32,030 bases of DNA from a virus. Taxonomy: Duplodnaviria; Caudoviricetes. The stretch covers positions 1 through 32,030 of the IMG/VR virus record IMGVR_UViG_3300044450_000032; one strand, written 5' to 3'. Position 1 is the first letter of the stretch; each line of letters opens with the position of its first letter. This document shows, piece by piece, positions 27,333 to 32,030 of the stretch. The notes under the pieces were generated by a model. That model ran no database searches. It was not told the DNA's origin and was given only the letters and a program-made list of their open reading frames with translations. Both the position numbers and the translations under genes were made by a program.

Positions 27333-27766
27333 ATAGCTACTTTTTCAAGGTTCTTAATTTTAGTTTCTAGCTTTGCGATCTCTTTGGTCATTACCTCCTG
27401 AGAGTATTCACAAAGCGGGTGCAATATTTGATCTTGAATAAGAGCGTCTTTTTTATCCCTGAGTTCTACGAACTTCTTATTTACTAAATCGATTCTTTCC
27501 TCGTCTGTAGTGACTGTATAGGTGATTGTTTTGTTGTTGCTTTTTGTTGAATCTTTAAAGCCTACTTCTTTAATTAGAAAGCATCTCTTTAATTCTGTAA
27601 ATCTTCCACTTATACTAGAATCATCGACATTAAGATACTTAGCTATGTCCTGAGTAGAAGCGACACCGAATATCTTTATAGCTTCGTAAACCTTCCCTCT
27701 TTTTTTTGGTAGGTTTTCGAGTATTGCTAAATATGTAGCGTTTCTGTTTGCGATACTTGTTTCCAT
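27329..27766 (-). CDS. Winged-helix DNA-binding protein
   Basis: STQDIAKYLNV...SISGRFTELK...LI HTH pattern. Confidence 0.7.
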   Translation of the reverse strand: METSIANRNATYLAILENLPKKRGKVYEAIKIFGVASTQDIAKYLNVDDSSISGRFTELKRCFLIKEVGFKDSTKSNNKTITYTVTTDEERIDLVNKKFVELRDKKDALIQDQILHPLCEYSQEVMTKEIAKLETKIKNLEKVAI

Positions 27767-27791
27767 TGTGTTGTTGTTTTATTAATTTTGA

Positions 27792-28196
27792 TTAAAACGG
27801 AAGGTCATTGTCGTCGTCTTTACTTGTTACGGTTTCAGGTTGGTTTACTGTAGTATTACTAGACTTTCTCGTTTTTAAAAATTCAAAGTCATTAACATCT
27901 ATGTTAGCAGATCTTATCTTTTGACCGTCCTTTTCGTAATCGCTGTACGTTAGCTTTCCTGAAACTCTGATTTTATCGCCTTTAGAAACCCATTTTTCAA
28001 TGATTTCCGCAGGTTTGTTTCTGAATACCAAGTTGTGCCACTCAGTAGTTTCTACTTTTTCGCCTGTGTTTTTATTTTTGTAGCTGTCGTTTGTTGCTAA
28101 AGTTATTCGACCTATACAGCCGCCACCTTCAAAGTAATGCATCTGTATTTCGCTACCTGTGTGACCTATGAGGTGTACTTGATTAAGATTTCCCAT
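27792..28196 (-). CDS. ssb: Single-stranded DNA-binding protein
   Basis: LNQVHLIG, LATN, TEWHNLV, KGD motifs and the C-terminal DDDNDLPF tail. Confidence 0.95.
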   Translation of the reverse strand: MGNLNQVHLIGHTGSEIQMHYFEGGGCIGRITLATNDSYKNKNTGEKVETTEWHNLVFRNKPAEIIEKWVSKGDKIRVSGKLTYSDYEKDGQKIRSANIDVNDFEFLKTRKSSNTTVNQPETVTSKDDDNDLPF

Positions 28197-28791
28197 TATT
28201 CAATTCTTTTAATTTATTCCTATAATATTTTCTAATTTCAATTAACGCTTGGCGATTCCATTTAAAATCTGTCCGTTTGTCTTTTTCTGCTAGTTTCACA
28301 AGTAGAGCATAACTCCCTTTTCCGATTCGCTCAGGTAGTCTTAAATGATAAGCAGACTCGTTACCTTCTCTGTAGTTGTTGCATTGTGGGCATTGTCCGT
28401 TTATATTTCGCTCGTCAAATTTTATTGTACTGAATAATTGAGCTTTAAAAAGATGCCCTGCTTCAAATTTATCGTGCCAAGGAGAGCCGCAACTTATACA
28501 AGGTTTTCCCTTATCTCTTTCACGTATGTACTGGTGACAAACTTTTTTAACTGATTCAATAAGAGTTGAAAGACTTTTATTTGACTTGTGATTTTGTGTT
28601 GCTTTCTCTAAATCTCTGCGAGGTTTTGAAGCTTTTAATGTCGCTCTTTGTATTCTAGTTTTCCCTGCTTCTGTATTCAATAAAAAATCTCTGTAGCATC
28701 CGCACTCTATACCTAAACCAAGCTTTCTTTGTGGTTGTTCGGTTCTACAACCTAAGCCGTAAGTTTCTTTATGAGTTCCGATGCATTTCAT
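28183..28791 (-). CDS. ninG: NinG/Rap-like recombination endonuclease
   Basis: YIRERD..KPCISCG, AGH, FDERNINGQC..CN..EGN motifs. Confidence 0.9.
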   Translation of the reverse strand: MKCIGTHKETYGLGCRTEQPQRKLGLGIECGCYRDFLLNTEAGKTRIQRATLKASKPRRDLEKATQNHKSNKSLSTLIESVKKVCHQYIRERDKGKPCISCGSPWHDKFEAGHLFKAQLFSTIKFDERNINGQCPQCNNYREGNESAYHLRLPERIGKGSYALLVKLAEKDKRTDFKWNRQALIEIRKYYRNKLKELNNGKS

Positions 28792-28794
28792 ATT

Positions 28795-29730
28795 CTAACT
28801 AGCGTATTTTTGTAACATTAAAGCGTTTCCGCCGATTCCTTCTAGTACTTCATTCATGTATTGACGTGCAAGTTTCACCATGGCTTTTAATTGCTGGTTT
28901 CGCTTTTCACAGTAATTATGTTTGAAAATTTTTATACGTATTTCTTCGGGAATTTCTCTAAACTTTCCTTCAAACCATTTCAAGTATATTGACGGCGAAT
29001 TGTCACAGTATTGTTTTAGTGCTTTTTCCGTGAATATTAAATTACAGATTGTTTCAACCACTAAATCAACTTTTTCAGGTCGTACGCTTCCGTCACTTCT
29101 AAGAATGCTTTGATTCCAATCTAAACGGCGCAATTCATCGTCTATAAGTTTCTCAGGTGTATCAACTAAGCAGTAGATTAACTCGGAGCGCTTAAGGCTC
29201 CATAAGTCCATATACACGTCTAGTTGCCATTCATAATCCTTATTTGGAATTTCAGTAGCGCGTAATGGAAATGTTTTCCAACTCCACGAAGATTTAATGT
29301 CTCGAATTTTGTAGTGCGCAATATCTGCTTCGCCTGAAAAGAAATCGTTTGTTTTACGCTTCTTGTTTTTGATCACAAGAGCATTCTTATAATTAGAATA
29401 TAGCGTTAGGCTTTTTTCTTCTGCGGCTAATCCTTTTTCGATGTACTTAGAGTTTATTTTTTCGCTTCTACTTGTTAGCTGTTCAAATACTAATCCCTCT
29501 AAAAATATCTTCGCAGTATCTGTAAGTTTTAGTTTTTTGTTATTTCGCTGATCGTACAAACACCCCCATGTAGACAATTGTTTTTCTGTCAATGGTCTTC
29601 CTTCACCTTTTCTTCTTGCGTCGAAATCTTGAAATGTTTTTTCTTGCTTATCAGTTAAAGGCTTTGGAAGTCCTTTCATGATTTTACCAATGGAATGCGC
29701 GCGAAACAAATAGTTGCTGAAATCTTTCAT
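28795..29730 (-). CDS. YqaJ-like/lambda-exonuclease PD-(D/E)xK nuclease
   Basis: KG..EE, SGEADI, DIKSSW and YEWQL..YM motifs; paired with RecT. Confidence 0.8.
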   Translation of the reverse strand: MKDFSNYLFRAHSIGKIMKGLPKPLTDKQEKTFQDFDARRKGEGRPLTEKQLSTWGCLYDQRNNKKLKLTDTAKIFLEGLVFEQLTSRSEKINSKYIEKGLAAEEKSLTLYSNYKNALVIKNKKRKTNDFFSGEADIAHYKIRDIKSSWSWKTFPLRATEIPNKDYEWQLDVYMDLWSLKRSELIYCLVDTPEKLIDDELRRLDWNQSILRSDGSVRPEKVDLVVETICNLIFTEKALKQYCDNSPSIYLKWFEGKFREIPEEIRIKIFKHNYCEKRNQQLKAMVKLARQYMNEVLEGIGGNALMLQKYAS

Positions 29731-29732
29731 AG

Positions 29733-30626
29733 TTATTCGTTTAATGCGTTTTCATGAATGATTTGATTTTCGCGCTCTGTTAGCTCTTTTTCAAACCTTA
29801 CTTTCAATTCATCACTTAGCTTTGTTTTTACTTTATCGAGTTCGTCTATTGTTTTAGCGGCTTCAATAAATTTTAAAATACGTGCAGTTTCTTCCTGCTC
29901 GCTTTCGGCTTCTACATCGATAGTGTTTTGATTGTCGATGTAGTCATATTGCCCTTCTTTAGTTTGCACGCTTTGATCAGCAAGCTGCGCTGTCTCCATT
30001 TGAATGCTCATGATTCCCCATTTAGAAATCATGTTTTTTAAAACAGTTTTCATTGCCATAGCGTCAAATTGGTCTTTATCATTCCAAGGTGAATGAGAAG
30101 AATTAAAAGCCTTAGAATATTTCTTAGCGTGTGCAATAACTTCTTCTTTGCTCCAATACGTCATTTTTTCCATTCCGTTATTAAGCTTGAAATAAGAAGC
30201 ATAACCAACTATTTCACCTGTACCAACTTCATCAAAGTTTGCAATCAATTCTTCTGTTAATCTGTTGAAAGATTTAAATTGATTTTGATAAACCTGTACT
30301 ACATTGATACGCGAGTATTGACCTGTGCGCAATGCTAATTGTACAAAACCTTTATAACCCATTTGAAACTGGGCGTTACCTTTATACGGAACAATCCAGG
30401 CGAATCCTAAATTAGGATTAATAGGTAGGTCTAAGCTTGCCGCCGTTGCCGCTGCATTTAATACCGTTTCAGGTGATGCAGTTTTTAGTAATTTGTTTCC
30501 GTTTACTACTTGTAATACTGAGGAAATAAAACCCTGTGCTTTATCTCCTAAAATCTTTTCAAAACGTTCCTGTATGGATTTTTGAGCGAATAAATTCTTT
30601 GTTGTTAATTGTTGATTTTGACTCAT
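29733..30626 (-). CDS. recT: RecT-family single-strand annealing protein
   Basis: LGFAWIVPY..AQFQMGYKGFVQLALRTGQY and W...FDAMAMKTV motifs. Confidence 0.92.
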   Translation of the reverse strand: MSQNQQLTTKNLFAQKSIQERFEKILGDKAQGFISSVLQVVNGNKLLKTASPETVLNAAATAASLDLPINPNLGFAWIVPYKGNAQFQMGYKGFVQLALRTGQYSRINVVQVYQNQFKSFNRLTEELIANFDEVGTGEIVGYASYFKLNNGMEKMTYWSKEEVIAHAKKYSKAFNSSHSPWNDKDQFDAMAMKTVLKNMISKWGIMSIQMETAQLADQSVQTKEGQYDYIDNQNTIDVEAESEQEETARILKFIEAAKTIDELDKVKTKLSDELKVRFEKELTERENQIIHENALNE

Positions 30627-30642
30627 GATTGATTTTTTAAAA

Positions 30643-30687
30643 GCACACTACAACATTTTTATACCTCTATTAGCTGTTGTAGTGCGC
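30643..30687 (-). promoter_or_regulatory. 13-bp stem-loop upstream of recT whose loop carries the 14-nt bstA-leader antisense
   Basis: GCGCACUACAACA/UGUUGUAGUGUGC stem (G-U pair on the minus strand), 19-nt loop, followed by UUUU. Confidence 0.7.
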
Positions 30688-30695
30688 GAGGTTTT

Positions 30696-30785
30696 TTATT
30701 TAATAATTACGTGTTTATATAGTACTCCGATGCAAAAGCCAGCTACTAGCGCGCTTGATACTGCGATTGTCGTTACAATGTCCAT
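30696..30785 (-). CDS. 29-aa single-TM peptide MDIVTTIAVSSALVAGFCIGVLYKHVIIK
   Basis: Manual translation; TAATG overlap with the upstream gene. Confidence 0.6.
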   Translation of the reverse strand: MDIVTTIAVSSALVAGFCIGVLYKHVIIK

Positions 30786-31003
30786 TATCTTAGAATTATG
30801 ATTCCGTGTCCGTTTTCTTGGAACACTATATTATTCTCTTCCAAAAAGCTTAATACAGCTTCTGTTTTTTCTTGTGCGTTTATCAATTTGTTGAAATTGT
30901 TAATTGACACTTTTATAACCTTGGGTGTTATTCCTACGATTAAATGTTCGTTTTCGTTGTGTAATATTTTTTGAATATTGTCTATGATTTCTATGTCTGT
31001 CAT
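30785..31003 (-). CDS. Hypothetical protein
   Basis: 72-aa ORF. Confidence 0.55.
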   Translation of the reverse strand: MTDIEIIDNIQKILHNENEHLIVGITPKVIKVSINNFNKLINAQEKTEAVLSFLEENNIVFQENGHGIIILR

Positions 31004-31028
31004 TTTTCTTTGTTTTTAGGTTAATAAA

Positions 31029-31366
31029 GCGGGTAGCTATTGCCCTGAACCACCCGCGTGCAATATTTAGTTTCGAGGGGATTTCTTTTTTACTTTTTAA
31101 TTGGAAGCGGTGGGCGGCGGTTTTTGAGTGTCTAGATCAAAACTTTCAGTATGAGAGCCGCCCTTTTGCTTCCTTCCATGAACTAAACTCAAATTCTTTT
31201 TAAAAAACAGGGAGCCAGCTTTCGCGCCTTTTTTTGACTCCCTGAAATCAACCATAAATAATTAACCATGTTCTTTCATCGAAAGCGACAGACGGCAAAA
31301 ACAACTAAATTTTCCCTACCTTATGAATTATGGATAACCGCCTGCGCTTTCTTACCATGAACTAAA
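31029..31366 (-). ncRNA. Putative structured RNA array: two units of [UUUAGUUCAUGG motif, 71-nt hairpin, terminator-like hairpin]
   Basis: Four GC-rich stems (31029-31057, 31103-31173, 31208-31244, 31281-31351) in a 370-bp gene-free gap; G-U pairs favour the minus strand. Confidence 0.6.
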
Positions 31367-31374
31367 TCAAAAAG

Positions 31375-31704
31375 CTATTTGCCAAATAATTCTTCTTTGA
31401 AGCGGTCTAAATCATATTGTCTAATTAATCTATGACCGCCTGCCTGATCTTGTGTTGCTTTTAATTTTATTATTTTTCCGTTTACAGTTACACCTTTATC
31501 GATGTAGCTTATTACGGTGTTCCTTCCTTTTCCTAGCTGTTGCTCTGCATCTTTGGTAGAAATGAGTATTTTTTTTGATGCTTCTTCATTTGCTATCTGC
31601 ACACCTTTTTCAATTCCTTTTAACACACTCTGATCAATGATTGACTCTAGTGCATCTATCGGAATTATGTAATTCCCTCCTACTTTTATGATGTCTGTTG
31701 GCAT
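31375..31704 (-). CDS. Excisionase-like HTH (HTH_17/MerR-like) DNA-binding protein
   Basis: LISTKDAEQQLG.GRNTV..YI..G...LKA.....HRLI...DLDRF. Confidence 0.7.
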   Translation of the reverse strand: MPTDIIKVGGNYIIPIDALESIIDQSVLKGIEKGVQIANEEASKKILISTKDAEQQLGKGRNTVISYIDKGVTVNGKIIKLKATQDQAGGHRLIRQYDLDRFKEELFGK

Positions 31705-31710
31705 AGTTTT

Positions 31711-32004
31711 TTAGTTTAATTGCGCTTTCTTATTCATCAAATCAGGTAAAAGTGTTTTTTCTGTAAATTCACCTACGTTTCGAGCTAGTAAGCCGATTTG
31801 ATCACCATGATATGCGCCTTTTGTAACATTTAGAATTAATCGCAATTCTTCTTCTCCATGTATATCACATAGTTGAATTAATTCGTCTATTTTGTTTTGT
31901 ATCAGTTGATTCATGATTGATTTTTTTATTGCGGCAACTTCGCCTTCACCCTCCCACAGATGATTAACTTTGCTTTCTACTTGTTTTAATAAAAAAGATT
32001 TCAT
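31711..32004 (-). CDS. Hypothetical early protein
   Basis: 97-aa ORF. Confidence 0.6.
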   Translation of the reverse strand: MKSFLLKQVESKVNHLWEGEGEVAAIKKSIMNQLIQNKIDELIQLCDIHGEEELRLILNVTKGAYHGDQIGLLARNVGEFTEKTLLPDLMNKKAQLN

Positions 32005-32030
32005 AAAGCTTAGTTGATGGTTTGTTGCCG

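Larger units (their letters stand above)
1..32030 (-). mobile_element. Tailed (siphovirus-like) phage/prophage segment, Bacteroidota/Flavobacteriaceae-type; extends beyond both window edges
   Basis: Co-oriented, tightly packed genes for terminase, portal, protease, capsid, tape measure, holin/endolysin, RecT/exonuclease/SSB/NinG and initiator. No host housekeeping genes and no sheath gene recognised. Confidence 0.95.

Noticed and set aside
23-29113. Other plus-strand ORFs in the track
   Set aside because: All overlap well-supported minus-strand genes or the terminator and show no recognisable features.
31004-31374. CRISPR mini-array, tRNA or hammerhead ribozyme
   Set aside because: Only a 12-nt exact repeat in two copies, no cloverleaf or T-loop, and no CUGAnGA/GAAA core.

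Overview
The whole window is an internal segment of one AT-rich tailed phage or prophage, probably a siphovirus. TAnnTTTG-type promoters, A-rich leaders without Shine-Dalgarno sites, and a Bacteroidota-type peptide leader point to a Flavobacteriaceae-like host. All credible genes are on the minus strand. From right to left they are: early genes and a structured leader; recombination (RecT, YqaJ-like exonuclease, NinG, SSB); replication (DUF4373-type initiator with internal iterons, AAA helicase-like protein); an accessory island (orphan lanthipeptide-like precursor, then a KilA-N/BstA-like abortive-infection gene with its own promoter); terminases; tail; head; a fibre; and lysis genes ending at a palindromic terminator. 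No integrase, repressor or att site is visible. Three observations stand out. (1) A 14-nt sequence in a hairpin loop upstream of recT is exactly complementary to the 5' end of a two-state leader of the BstA-like gene 6 kb away, suggesting RNA-based self-immunity. (2) A two-unit ncRNA-like array with a ~178-bp period, covarying 71-nt hairpins and variable loops lies at 31.0-31.4 kb. (3) The phage carries a RiPP precursor with no modifying enzymes in the window. All protein family calls come from motif recognition by eye, not database searches.
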